Shown here: positions 1-9,781 of the stretch, piece by piece
How the letters are laid out: every line of letters starts with the position of its first letter
Numbering within the stretch: position 1 is the first letter of the stretch
Notes under the pieces: model-generated
Database searches by the model: none
Seen by the model: the letters and a program-made list of their open reading frames with translations, nothing else
Told to the model about the DNA's origin: nothing
Origin: an uncultured Cytophagia bacterium
Lineage (GTDB): Bacteria; Zhuqueibacterota; Zhuqueibacteria; Thermofontimicrobiales; Thiofontviventaceae
DNA length: 64,000 nucleotides
Assembly (NCBI GenBank): GCA_964498785.1
Contig: CAZCJL010000004.1
Span: forward strand, 19,176 to 83,175
Direction: 5' to 3'
Made by a program: the position numbers and the translations under genes

Positions 1-115
1 ACGCATATAAATCAATTATTGAAATACCTTCTTTTACATAAACAAAAGTGATTCCCCAGAAAGCAGTTCCGATTAATAATAAAATAGTAGCAGTAACATT
101 TTTACCAATATTCAT
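1..115 (-). CDS. EamA/DMT-family transporter, N-terminal part (runs off the window start)
   Basis: Manual translation from ATG at 115: MNIGKNVTATILLLIGTAFWGITFVYVKEGISIIDLYA. The LLxTxxWGxTF helix is typical of DMT/EamA proteins. Not in the ORF track. Confidence 0.7.
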   Translation of the reverse strand, partial: MNIGKNVTATILLLIGTAFWGITFVYVKEGISIIDLYA

Positions 116-144
116 AAAAAATCCTGTTTGAGAAAGAAGATATA

Positions 145-294
145 TTATCTAAAATTCTAAAAAGAATATTATTATACAATTTTAGCCCGGTAAACACACA
201 AAACTACACAAAATGTTATTTTTTTATTTTGAATTATGCACTATTTCGTGTGTTTCGTGGTCAATAAATCTATTTTTTCATTATTATAATTCAT
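145..294. repeat. ~150-bp direct repeat, copy 1, with an internal imperfect hairpin
   Basis: Near-identical to 481-632 (ttatctaa.attctaaaaagaatattattatacaattttagccc...cacacaaaactacac.aaat...atttcgtgt.tttcgtggtcaat...ttataattcat). Confidence 0.9.
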
Positions 295-480
295 GAAATT
301 TAGGTATTAAATTAAATCCAAGATAAGCGTTTTGGTTGCATTAAGCAAGCTTTTTTTATGAATGGACGAAACAATGCATCCAGGAAAAATTTCCGCATAT
401 TCAAAATGTAAAAATGTTGTGTATTTACCAAACCTGCAACAGGTTCCCGGACAGCTTGTAATTATCTGTTTTATTATATT

Positions 481-632
481 TTATCTAATATTCTAAAAAG
501 AATATTATTATACAATTTTAGCCCACTAAACACACAAAACTACACGAAATGTTATTTTTCTATTTTGAATTAAGCACTATTTCGTGTATTTCGTGGTCAA
601 TTAAATCTATTTTTTCATTAATTATAATTCAT
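481..632. repeat. ~150-bp direct repeat, copy 2, with an internal imperfect hairpin
   Basis: Copy of 145-294. tacacgaaat (541-550) is the exact reverse complement of atttcgtgta (579-588). Confidence 0.9.
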
Positions 633-710
633 TTTAGAAATTTATGTGTTATTACAATTACAAACAAGTCATTATCTAAACTAATGTAACATAACATTTA
701 AAAATATTTC

Positions 711-739
711 TTGCAAAAGGAACAACATAGCCTTATATT
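711..739 (+). promoter_or_regulatory. Putative sigma70-type promoter for the nagB-like operon
   Basis: TTGCAA (711-716), 17-bp spacer, TATATT (734-739), upstream of the ATG at 806. Confidence 0.5.
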
Positions 740-805
740 ATAATTTCTATAATTTATTTTAACAAAATATTTAATGTGATTTTATCGAGGAGATTTTACT
801 ATATC

Positions 806-3133
806 ATGAAATCAAACGTTGAGCGAGTTTGGTTGGAGCGTTCCGGCCGTGAATTGAGATATCCGCAACATGAACAAATCGGCGTAATAGAGGTCGCAAA
901 TTTTCCAGCATTGGGAAAATTTGCAGCGCTTCGTTTTCTTGAATGGGTTCAGCAAAATAAGGAAGGAGTCGTTTCTTTGCCGACCGGGAAAACGCCAGAA
1001 CATTTCATCAAATGGGTGACCCATTATTTGTCTGACTGGGACAAGAAAAAAGTCCGGCAAGATTTGGAACAAGGGGGAGTTAACCCTCACACCAAACCAG
1101 ATATGAAAAATCTTCGCTTCGTCCAGATTGATGAATTTTATCCGATTGATCCGGATCAGACAAATAGCTTCTATCACTATGTGAATAAGTACTATATAAA
1201 TGGCTTTGGATTAGATAGAAAGCAGGCAATGTTCATCGATGCGACAGAAATAGGACTTTCCAATGGCGAAAAAATTCAGGACATATTCCCTGAAAATATT
1301 GTCGATTTATCATTACGTACGCGCCAACCGGGAACGCGGATCGAGAGGAAACAAAAGGATTTTATACACAAAATTGATGAGTGGTGTTCAGAATACGAAG
1401 AAAAAATACGTAACCTTGGCGGAATCGGTTTTTTTCTGGGAGGAATCGGGCCGGACGGTCACATCGGTTTTAACGTTATGGGGTCCGATCTATTTTCGAC
1501 CACCCGCCTGACGCCCACGAACTACGAAACACAGGCAGCCGCAGCCTCTGATCTCGGCGGGATTGAAGTTGCCAGAAATCGTCATGTAATCACAATCGGA
1601 TTGGCTACTATTACGTATCGCAAGGATGTTGTCGCAATTATCATTGCCGCCGGCGAGGCAAAGGCAAAAATCGTTTATAACGCGATTCAAATGCCGAGAA
1701 ATAATTTATATCCCGCGACTGCTTTGCATGGACTTCCGAACACACGTTTTTTTCTTACAAAAGGCGCTGCTAAATTATTGACCGAGCGCGTTTATATGGA
1801 TATAAAAGATTCCGAAACACTGAAACAAGAGACAATTGAACGTTTGGTTATCGATTTGGCATTAGACAGGAAGATAAAAATAAAGGACTTACAGAAAGAG
1901 GATTTTGATACAATTCGTTCTACTGCCGAGCTATTAAAAAAAACATCCAGAACAGTTTCGGAAATTACAGCCGACGTCGAGCAAAGTCTTATTTCTAAAA
2001 TTAAGAAAGGAACCGCGCCTCTCGAGAATAAATCTTTTATGCACATGGGCCCGCATCATGACGACATCATGCTGGGCTATCTGCCGTATATCATTCACAT
2101 GGTTCGTCCCGCTTCCAATAATCATTCCTTTAATTATGCTACCAGCGGTTTTAACGCAGTGACAAATTCCTACGTTCTCAATTTATTGCGAAATTTGAAA
2201 GCATTTATTAACAGTTATGAATGTACTGAACTTATGGAAGGAGAATATTTCAATCCAAATTATGAAACAGGCCGTAGCCGAGACGTCTACCAATATTTAG
2301 ATGGAATTGCCTCTCATAGCCGCACGATGAAAACCGAGGGTGAATCCAGGCGAATGCTGCGCAATCTTATTTTTCTATTCGAGGAACATAGCATCCCTCA
2401 ATTACTCCATCGGATTGAAGAACTCATTAATTATTTTAAAACACAGTATCCGGGTAAAAAAGATTTACCACATATTCAACGCTTTAAAGGAATGATACGA
2501 GAATGGGAAGCGGATTTGCTCTGGGGCTATTTCGGATTTAGCACTGGTTCTGTAAATCATATTCGAATGGGATTTTATAAAGGTGAAATTTTTACAGAGC
2601 AGCCGGAAATGGATCGAGATGTCCAGCCAATTTATAAGCTTATGAAAAAACAACGCCCCGATTATGTATCCGTTGCCTTGGATCCGGAAGGGAGCGGCCC
2701 GGACACGCATTACAAAGTTCTTCAGGCAACAACTGAAGCATTAAAATTACACGAAAAAGTCAAATCAAATGTGAAAGTCATTGGGTATCGAAACGTCTGG
2801 TATCGTTTTCATCCGTCTGAAGCAAGCATGTTTGTTCCGGTCTCGTTAAACTCAATGGCCATTCTCGAAAATGCGTTCATGAACTGTTTCGGTTCCCAAA
2901 AGAATGCGTCTTTTCCAAGCTATGAGTATGATGGTCCTTTCTATTTGTTAGCACAAAATATTATGGTTGAACAATATCAGATGATAAAAACATGTTTAGG
3001 TCGTGAATTTTTTGGAGCCCATGCCAGTCCGCGCATGAGAGCAGCTCACGGACTGGTGCTCTTGAAAACGATGAACTTGAATGAGTTTTATTCCCATTCA
3101 ACAGAATTACAAAAACGAATGGAAAATATTTAA
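806..3133 (+). CDS. Glucosamine-6-phosphate deaminase-like protein fused to a C-terminal PIG-L/LmbE-type deacetylase domain
   Basis: NagB motifs LPTGKTP, QIDEFYP and [13 protein letters not shown]-terminal HMGPHHDDIMLG and DPEGSGPDTH metal-binding motifs. Start placed at ATG 806, downstream of GAGGAG. Confidence 0.85.
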   Translation: MKSNVERVWLERSGRELRYPQHEQIGVIEVANFPALGKFAALRFLEWVQQNKEGVVSLPTGKTPEHFIKWVTHYLSDWDKKKVRQDLEQGGVNPHTKPDMKNLRFVQIDEFYPIDPDQTNSFYHYVNKYYINGFGLDRKQAMFIDATEIGLSNGEKIQDIFPENIVDLSLRTRQPGTRIERKQKDFIHKIDEWCSEYEEKIRNLGGIGFFLGGIGPDGHIGFNVMGSDLFSTTRLTPTNYETQAAAASDLGGIEVARNRHVITIGLATITYRKDVVAIIIAAGEAKAKIVYNAIQMPRNNLYPATALHGLPNTRFFLTKGAAKLLTERVYMDIKDSETLKQETIERLVIDLALDRKIKIKDLQKEDFDTIRSTAELLKKTSRTVSEITADVEQSLISKIKKGTAPLENKSFMHMGPHHDDIMLGYLPYIIHMVRPASNNHSFNYATSGFNAVTNSYVLNLLRNLKAFINSYECTELMEGEYFNPNYETGRSRDVYQYLDGIASHSRTMKTEGESRRMLRNLIFLFEEHSIPQLLHRIEELINYFKTQYPGKKDLPHIQRFKGMIREWEADLLWGYFGFSTGSVNHIRMGFYKGEIFTEQPEMDRDVQPIYKLMKKQRPDYVSVALDPEGSGPDTHYKVLQATTEALKLHEKVKSNVKVIGYRNVWYRFHPSEASMFVPVSLNSMAILENAFMNCFGSQKNASFPSYEYDGPFYLLAQNIMVEQYQMIKTCLGREFFGAHASPRMRAAHGLVLLKTMNLNEFYSHSTELQKRMENI

Positions 3134-3160
3134 TACATCAAATTACAGGGAGAATTATTT

Positions 3161-3967
3161 ATGCGAATGATTATTCAAAATGATTATGATGACATGAGTA
3201 AATGGGCCGCACATTATATTGCTCATAAAATTATCAAGTACAATCCAACACCGGATAATCCCTTTGTATTAGGACTGCCTACCGGTTCATCACCCATCGG
3301 TACCTACAAAAAACTGGTAGACCTTCATAAGCAGGGAAAAATTTCGTTTAAAAATGTTATTACGTTCAATATGGATGAATATATTGAAATACCAAAAGAT
3401 CATCCTGAAAGTTATCATTATTTTATGTATCACCATCTTTTCAATCATGTTGATATTAAAAAAGAAAATATTAATATTTTAGACGGCAATACCAAAAACC
3501 TTGAAGCAGAGTGTAAACGATATGAGGATAAAATAAAATCTGTTGGCGGAATTGATCTGTTCCTGGGCGGAATCGGACCCGACGGCCACATTGCGTTTAA
3601 CGAACCCGGTTCTTCACTAACGTCTCGAACCCGTGTTAAAACACTTACTTTTGACACAATTCAGGCAAATGCCAGATTTTTTGATAACGATATTAATCAA
3701 GTGCCGAATACCGCATTAACAGTCGGCGTTGGTACGGTAATGGACGCCAGGGAAGTCGTCATTGTTGTCAGTGGTTACTCCAAAGCCCATGCATTGCAAA
3801 AAGGTGTGGAAGAAGGCGTTAATCACATGTATACCATTTCAATGCTTCAATTGCACCCAAAAGGAATGGTGGTAGCCGACGAAGATGCCTGTATGGAATT
3901 AAAAGTCGCCACGTTTCGATATTTTAAAGATGTGGAACGATTCAACCTGAATCCGATTAAAATTTAA
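3161..3967 (+). CDS. nagB: Glucosamine-6-phosphate deaminase
   Basis: [34 protein letters not shown]; 268 aa. Confidence 0.96.
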   Translation: MRMIIQNDYDDMSKWAAHYIAHKIIKYNPTPDNPFVLGLPTGSSPIGTYKKLVDLHKQGKISFKNVITFNMDEYIEIPKDHPESYHYFMYHHLFNHVDIKKENINILDGNTKNLEAECKRYEDKIKSVGGIDLFLGGIGPDGHIAFNEPGSSLTSRTRVKTLTFDTIQANARFFDNDINQVPNTALTVGVGTVMDAREVVIVVSGYSKAHALQKGVEEGVNHMYTISMLQLHPKGMVVADEDACMELKVATFRYFKDVERFNLNPIKI

Positions 3968-4007
3968 TCCATTCTTTCAAATTCGATTATACAAATTATC
4001 AATAAAA

Positions 4008-4049
4008 AACGGAGTCACGATTTACTATTCGCCGACTCCGTTCCTTTTT
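4008..4049. terminator. Probable bidirectional intrinsic terminator between convergent genes
   Basis: aacggagtc (4008-4016) / gactccgtt (4034-4042) inverted repeat, with an A-run before and a T-run after. Confidence 0.6.
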
Positions 4050-4083
4050 TAGTTTGTTGCATATTGAAACATATACCAATTGA

Positions 4084-6057
4084 TCAATTCAATGCCTGAG
4101 AGATCTCATCATATTTTTGATGAATGATATCGATTTCATCTTTTAAAAATGTCACAAATTTATTATCCTCAAACCGACCCCGAACATTTTCAAAATCAGC
4201 ACCCCGATGGCCGTCGATTCCGTAACTCAGGTTTACACTCCCTTCAAACTCTTTTTGTGAATCCTGCTGAATCAGATGATAGAATTTAATTGACGTCTGT
4301 TTCCAGGTTGTGATAAATTTGGTCAGATTTTCATCGGTTTCATCGGATAGTTCCACACCGTTCAATTTTTTATAATGTGTTAAAAACCAATTCCAGGCGT
4401 CTGCTTCGTAGCTATTGTAAATATTTTTTAATTCAGCGTGAACCGACTCAAAAGAATCAATCGTGTTATTCTTAATCTTTTCGATTAAATGATCGACTCT
4501 ATTTTTGGCGCATAGAAGTCCGAGCATATCCAGCCACTCCTGCTCACCAGAATCGCCCTGTTCATCATATTTCAGGATATCACGAAGGTTTGCGGGTTTT
4601 TCTTTATTAAAACGGTTTATAATCATATCTCCGAAATATTTATCGATCGCCATTCGATAGTAACGTCTGCTCGTTTTTAAAAGCAATCGCTTAATTCGAA
4701 TACCATTATAAGAAATAAATTCCTGTGATTTATCAGCGTTCTCATAAAGAGTTGTCAACTCGTTAAATCCGCGAATCACCTTCTGCATAGTGTACGGCGA
4801 AAGCACATCGAAAATAATAAAATCCAACTTCTCTTTTGATCTGCGCCGGTCTCGGGTTGGCCATTTCAAACCATCACGCAAAGTTCCGGTTGTAAATAAA
4901 TTCATTCCTGGTATAAGCATGGATTTCCCGTTGTCCTCACTAATGTAAGAAAATGGCAAATCAGCCGTATTGAAATTCGCATAATGTTTCCCGATAATGG
5001 CAGTAAATGCTCCCACCCGACATGGCCACAAAAGATAAGAAAAAGAGCCTGTTTTGCATCCGCGTTCCAATATCCCCTGATGCACTGGTCCTAATTTATA
5101 CATGTGATTGGATTGATTTGTGCCACTGCCTGCATTGTAAAAGGAAAATAATCCTGCAATCAGGAGCGTGGAACGATGGTGCGTTACAGTATACGGCCCG
5201 CCAAATACTGATGTTATTTCAGAATGAAATCCTTCTGAATTTGCAAATAGCACGGAATTTTCTGCTGAAAACTGCTTCCCGATTTTCGTACCTTCCCCGA
5301 TCAAACCAGATGAAATCATCGATCCGTCTTCAACACAACTTCCTTTCTGAAAAATAAAGTTATCGGCAATAACATCATTGCCCACCAGCGCGGGCGCCTC
5401 TTCTGAAGAATCAATGGTTCCATTTTTTAATTTCGAGACTCCGTTTAGAGTTGCATAATCGCCAATGTAAACATCAACCAGTTCCGAGCAATTTTGGATG
5501 CATGCATTATTTCCAATATAACATCTATTTCTCTTTAATGAATTCGTATATCTATCAGCTATTTTTTCCAGTTTGTCAATCAAATTCGGATCATGCCGAT
5601 ACAAAACATTTAAATATGCAGTTTGTGCACCTGTTTTCGCGGTTATTGAAAATTCGCGTCCCCCAGCTTCTGACAATACGGAAACCTGGTGTCCGTTTCC
5701 AAAAGTCGTTTCTCCGGAACACAGAATCTTACCGACATTTTCGATAACAACATTGGATTCAATATCAATATTAAATAATCCATTATGCACGTTTGCAATA
5801 TAACAGTTGTCTTTTATCGTAACATTATGAAGCATTGAATTACGAATGCACGATATTCTTTCGGAACCATCAGCCAGGGTAAGCGTACCACCGAGCATTC
5901 CCAGCTTAACGTCTCCGCTAAAATGAACCTGATGCACGGCAGAGGGATTAAATCCTTCAATAATTAAAACCCGGGACCAATCGTTGGCCCGGCATCCGTT
6001 TTGCTCCAACATTCTAATATTCTTTTCCTTGATCGGATTATATTTTATTCCATCCAT
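4084..6057 (-). CDS. DUF4954-family protein with beta-helix/hexapeptide-like repeats
   Basis: 657 aa; GC.A.DW start, FGNG..V.VL.E.GGRE, GPYTVTHH.STLLIAG.FSF.NAGSG.NQSNHMYKLGP.HQG.LERG.KT pattern recalled for DUF4954. Confidence 0.8.
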   Translation of the reverse strand: MDGIKYNPIKEKNIRMLEQNGCRANDWSRVLIIEGFNPSAVHQVHFSGDVKLGMLGGTLTLADGSERISCIRNSMLHNVTIKDNCYIANVHNGLFNIDIESNVVIENVGKILCSGETTFGNGHQVSVLSEAGGREFSITAKTGAQTAYLNVLYRHDPNLIDKLEKIADRYTNSLKRNRCYIGNNACIQNCSELVDVYIGDYATLNGVSKLKNGTIDSSEEAPALVGNDVIADNFIFQKGSCVEDGSMISSGLIGEGTKIGKQFSAENSVLFANSEGFHSEITSVFGGPYTVTHHRSTLLIAGLFSFYNAGSGTNQSNHMYKLGPVHQGILERGCKTGSFSYLLWPCRVGAFTAIIGKHYANFNTADLPFSYISEDNGKSMLIPGMNLFTTGTLRDGLKWPTRDRRRSKEKLDFIIFDVLSPYTMQKVIRGFNELTTLYENADKSQEFISYNGIRIKRLLLKTSRRYYRMAIDKYFGDMIINRFNKEKPANLRDILKYDEQGDSGEQEWLDMLGLLCAKNRVDHLIEKIKNNTIDSFESVHAELKNIYNSYEADAWNWFLTHYKKLNGVELSDETDENLTKFITTWKQTSIKFYHLIQQDSQKEFEGSVNLSYGIDGHRGADFENVRGRFEDNKFVTFLKDEIDIIHQKYDEISQALN

Positions 6058-6108
6058 GATGTTCTCCTCTATTGCCCATTTAATTGTTGCAAAATGGATG
6101 AATGATTT

Positions 6109-6351
6109 TTATATCTTATTTAACACATCACCAATAAATTTTGCAGCATCGCCGACAGTTTTTACAGCAAGCGCTTCATCTTCATCCATTTCAATGTCAA
6201 ATTCTTCCTCAAACGCGGCAACCAATTCAATCGATTGAATCGACTCTGCGCCTAAATCTTCAACAAAACGTGATTCTTCTTTAACTGATTCGATATTTAC
6301 ATTTAGTAGGTCGGCTGTTACCTTTTTAATTCTATTTAATGTATCGGCCAT
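6109..6351 (-). CDS. Acyl carrier protein with an atypical phosphopantetheine motif (GAESIQS)
   Basis: 80-aa acidic protein, RFVEDLGAESIQSIELVAAFEEEFDIE. Start moved to the second Met, which follows GGAGGA. Confidence 0.85.
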   Translation of the reverse strand: MADTLNRIKKVTADLLNVNIESVKEESRFVEDLGAESIQSIELVAAFEEEFDIEMDEDEALAVKTVGDAAKFIGDVLNKI

Positions 6352-6401
6352 ATTTTCCTCCATTTTATGTTCGGAAATAGATTTACATAATTATTTTACA
6401 G

Positions 6402-7607
6402 TTATTGCGTTATTTCAGTAACAATTGCAAACGTATCTTTGGCAATAGCCTGTTCTTCATCTGTTGGAATAACAAATATTTTTACCCTTGAATCCATTTT
6501 TTGAATTTCACCCTCTTTCCCATTAACAAATTTTTTATTTTTATCCGGATCTAATATTATCCCCAAACTATCCAATCCGGTTAAAATTGACTCACGAATT
6601 TGAACTGCGTTTTCGCCAATTCCGCCGGTAAAAACAATTCCATTGCATCCATTCATAACAGCAAAATATAACCCGATATATTTTTTTATTTTATAGGTAA
6701 AAATATCCAATGCAAGCTGCGCTTTTTTATGTCCGTTTTTTGCGTGTTGCTCCAGGTCACGTACATCATTAGAAACACCGGAAATTCCAAGTAAACCTGA
6801 TTTTTTATTTAAAATAGCATCCAATTGCTCGATGGAGTACCCTTTGCGCACAAGATGAAAAACAATCGCCGCGTCCAGGTCTCCGGCGCGTGTCCCCATC
6901 ACCAGCCCTTCTAATGGCGTGAGTCCCATGCTTGTATCAATAGATTTCCCGTTTTTTACCGCGGCAATCGAACTTCCGTTTCCGAGGTGACAGGTAATTA
7001 AATCCACGTCATATTTCCCTCGTTTCATTAATTCGGCGGCTCTTCGCGCGATAAAGCGATGGGATGTGCCGTGGAAGCCATACTTTCGAATTTTGTATTT
7101 TTCATAAAATTCATACGGCAGAGCATATAAATAAGCAACTTCAGGTAACGTTTGATGAAAAGCGGTGTCAAAACAAGCAACTTGCGGGATATTACCTAAC
7201 ATCTTTTTTACAGCCCGGATACCGAGCAAATTCGGTGGATTATGCAACGGCGCCAGATCGGCGAACTCTTCAATAACTTTTTCTAAATCTTCTGTGATCA
7301 GTACTGAATTTGTAAACGCCTCTCCCCCATGCACCACTCGATGTCCGCACGCTTTAATTTCCGACAGAGATTGAATCGCGCCATTTTGAGGATCAATCAA
7401 CATTTTTTTTATCACTGAAATACCCTGTTCATGATTATCAACATGCTCCTCAATCTTGATGTTTTTGTCATTGGCTTGTTGCGATGCAGAGGACGATTCA
7501 GAACCGATTCGCTCCACAATTCCACTCGCAATGACGTATGATTCGGGCATTTTAAACAGCTTATATTTAATAGATGAACTGCCACAGTTAAAAATGATTA
7601 TTTTCAT
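6402..7607 (-). CDS. ackA: Acetate kinase
   Basis: FNCGSSSIKY, GHRVVHGG, DTAFHQT, YGFHGTSH, HLGNGSS, FTGGIGEN. Confidence 0.97.
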   Translation of the reverse strand: MKIIIFNCGSSSIKYKLFKMPESYVIASGIVERIGSESSSASQQANDKNIKIEEHVDNHEQGISVIKKMLIDPQNGAIQSLSEIKACGHRVVHGGEAFTNSVLITEDLEKVIEEFADLAPLHNPPNLLGIRAVKKMLGNIPQVACFDTAFHQTLPEVAYLYALPYEFYEKYKIRKYGFHGTSHRFIARRAAELMKRGKYDVDLITCHLGNGSSIAAVKNGKSIDTSMGLTPLEGLVMGTRAGDLDAAIVFHLVRKGYSIEQLDAILNKKSGLLGISGVSNDVRDLEQHAKNGHKKAQLALDIFTYKIKKYIGLYFAVMNGCNGIVFTGGIGENAVQIRESILTGLDSLGIILDPDKNKKFVNGKEGEIQKMDSRVKIFVIPTDEEQAIAKDTFAIVTEITQ

Positions 7608-7633
7608 ATTTCTGCCTGATTGAATTCATTCCG

Positions 7634-8635
7634 TTATTCAGTTAGTCGATTTTGAGCCTGAACTACAGTAATCGCGGTAACACCAACCAAATCATCGACA
7701 GATGCTCCGCGAGACATATCATTTACCGGTTTTGCAAATCCCTGTAAAATTGGCCCCAGAGCTATGGCATTGGCCATATATTGCACAAGCTTATAACAGA
7801 TATTACCGGAGTCAAGATCAGGGAAAATAAGCACGTTTGCACGTCCGGCCACATTACTGGCGCCGATTTTCTTTTCAGCAACCCGTTGAATAATCGCGGC
7901 ATCAGCCTGAATTTCTCCCTCGATATCAAAATCTGGCCGTTTTTCTTTTGCGATTTTTACCGCATCTTTTACCTTGTCCACATCTGCATGACTCGCAGAA
8001 CCCCTTGATGAGAACGAGAGAAATGCAATTTTGGGTTCCATGCCAAGCAGCGCATTTGCATTTAAACCAGACGAAATTCCAATCTCAGCCAGTTGCCGGG
8101 AATCTGGTTGAATATTGACAGCACAATCGGCAAAAATAAACACTTTATCTTTTTCATTTTGGAACTGGTCTAAGACCATCATGAAAAAACTGGATGGTGT
8201 TGAAATTCCCGGTTGAAAACCAATTGTCAATGAAGCGATTTGAATAACAGAAGCCGTTGCCGTTGCCACGCCGGCAACCATTCCGTCAGCATCCCCTGCT
8301 TTTACCATCATCCCCGCAAAAGAGAGCGGTTTCTTTACTAATTTTCTGGCAATTGCAATTTTCACATCCCGTGATTTTACATACAGTTCGGCATATTTTT
8401 CCAGAACCGATTCATCACTCAACGGTGAAACAATTTTTATTCCTTCCACAGAAACACGATTGGCATCGGCTATTTTTTGCACCTCCTCAGGAGAGCCAAT
8501 GATCACCGGGAGGGCAATTCCTAATTCTTTGGTTTTAGAAGCAGCAATGACAATTCGTTCGTCCTTTGATTCCGGAAATACAATGCGTTGTGCGTTGGTC
8601 TGTGCCTGCTCGATAAACTGATTGATTAATTCCAT
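7634..8635 (-). CDS. pta: Phosphate acetyltransferase, short form
   Basis: RIVFPES.DER, FADCAVN..P, LSFSSRGSA, GEIQADAA, IFPDLDSGNI.YK, GPILQG...PVNDMSRG; adjacent to ackA. Confidence 0.93.
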   Translation of the reverse strand: MELINQFIEQAQTNAQRIVFPESKDERIVIAASKTKELGIALPVIIGSPEEVQKIADANRVSVEGIKIVSPLSDESVLEKYAELYVKSRDVKIAIARKLVKKPLSFAGMMVKAGDADGMVAGVATATASVIQIASLTIGFQPGISTPSSFFMMVLDQFQNEKDKVFIFADCAVNIQPDSRQLAEIGISSGLNANALLGMEPKIAFLSFSSRGSASHADVDKVKDAVKIAKEKRPDFDIEGEIQADAAIIQRVAEKKIGASNVAGRANVLIFPDLDSGNICYKLVQYMANAIALGPILQGFAKPVNDMSRGASVDDLVGVTAITVVQAQNRLTE

Positions 8636-8795
8636 CTATGGTTCCTCCAGATTAACATTGAAACGTTGTACTAACAATTACCATCAATCCGATCAAAATG
8701 GATAAATCCATTTTTAAAATTCAAACGATACATGTGAGTATTAATTTTCAGGAGAGATTTTTTAAGAATAAATCATGATCATCAAAGGATTAAAC

Positions 8796-9776
8796 TCAAA
8801 CAGACAGACAAAAATTTATCAGATCATCGATCTGGGCAACTGCCAATGCCTGCACTGTATCGGCAGCACCATAATATATTTTTACTTCTCCGTTGTCCTC
8901 TGATACTACTCCTCCGGGAAAGATAACATTTCCCCGAAAGCCGTTAACCTCATAATCATATTTTTTCTCAGGAACAAGCAACGGCTCTCTGCTAAATCCC
9001 AGTATTTTATCTGGATTATCCAAATCAAGCAACAAAACACCGGCCATGTACTGTTTATTCCAGTTTTCTTCCCATCCTTTAAATACCCGATCTTTGTATC
9101 GATAAACTGCATGGAAAACAACTAACCATCCTTTTGGCGTTTTAACTGGCGGAGCGCCCGCACCGATACGATTATTTGCAAACGGCACTTCTGTTGATGA
9201 TAAAAAAAGATGTGAATTTCCCCAGTACTTTAAATCCGGTGAATCCGACATCCAAATATCAAATCGCTCATCTCCTCCTTTGTACCATGAAAACGGTCGT
9301 TCCAGCCGAAGATACTTGTCATCGAATTTTTGAGGAAACAGGGTCATATTTCGATTGTCAGGAACCGACATTGATAGCAGCTCAAAATGCTCGAAATCCT
9401 CTGTCACGAAAATTGCCCCTCTTACGCCATATAGCGTAATCGCTGCGACTGTTACATAAACTTTTCCATCAAGAACAGTTAAGCGCGGATCATTTACACA
9501 AATTATATTTTCATTATGAATATCCATACATGATTTTGGTTGCACCTGCCAGTCAATGCCGTTATCACTAAAAGCAAGACCTAAATTTGTTCCTTGCAGT
9601 TGGCGGCTGGTTTTATCCCCATAATCATTTCGAAACATCATAATGTATTTACCAGCGTATTTTGTTACTCCGGCATTGAAAACGAGTGTTGAATGATACG
9701 GGACATTTTCTGCCGAAAGGATCGGATTTCCCTGGTATCGGTGAATGATATGATCGGCAGTAATAAATTCCATCAT
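8796..9776 (-). CDS. GH130-family glycoside phosphorylase/glycosidase
   Basis: RYQGNPILS, VFNAGV, DPRLT, DNRNMTLFP, RIGAGAPP, W.VVFHAV, NVIFPGG, IYYGAADT. Confidence 0.88.
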   Translation of the reverse strand: MMEFITADHIIHRYQGNPILSAENVPYHSTLVFNAGVTKYAGKYIMMFRNDYGDKTSRQLQGTNLGLAFSDNGIDWQVQPKSCMDIHNENIICVNDPRLTVLDGKVYVTVAAITLYGVRGAIFVTEDFEHFELLSMSVPDNRNMTLFPQKFDDKYLRLERPFSWYKGGDERFDIWMSDSPDLKYWGNSHLFLSSTEVPFANNRIGAGAPPVKTPKGWLVVFHAVYRYKDRVFKGWEENWNKQYMAGVLLLDLDNPDKILGFSREPLLVPEKKYDYEVNGFRGNVIFPGGVVSEDNGEVKIYYGAADTVQALAVAQIDDLINFCLSV

Positions 9777-9781
9777 TTCTA

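Noticed and set aside
145-632. Possible CRISPR array
   Set aside because: Only two 150-bp copies, no short repeat-spacer periodicity, and no cas genes in the window.
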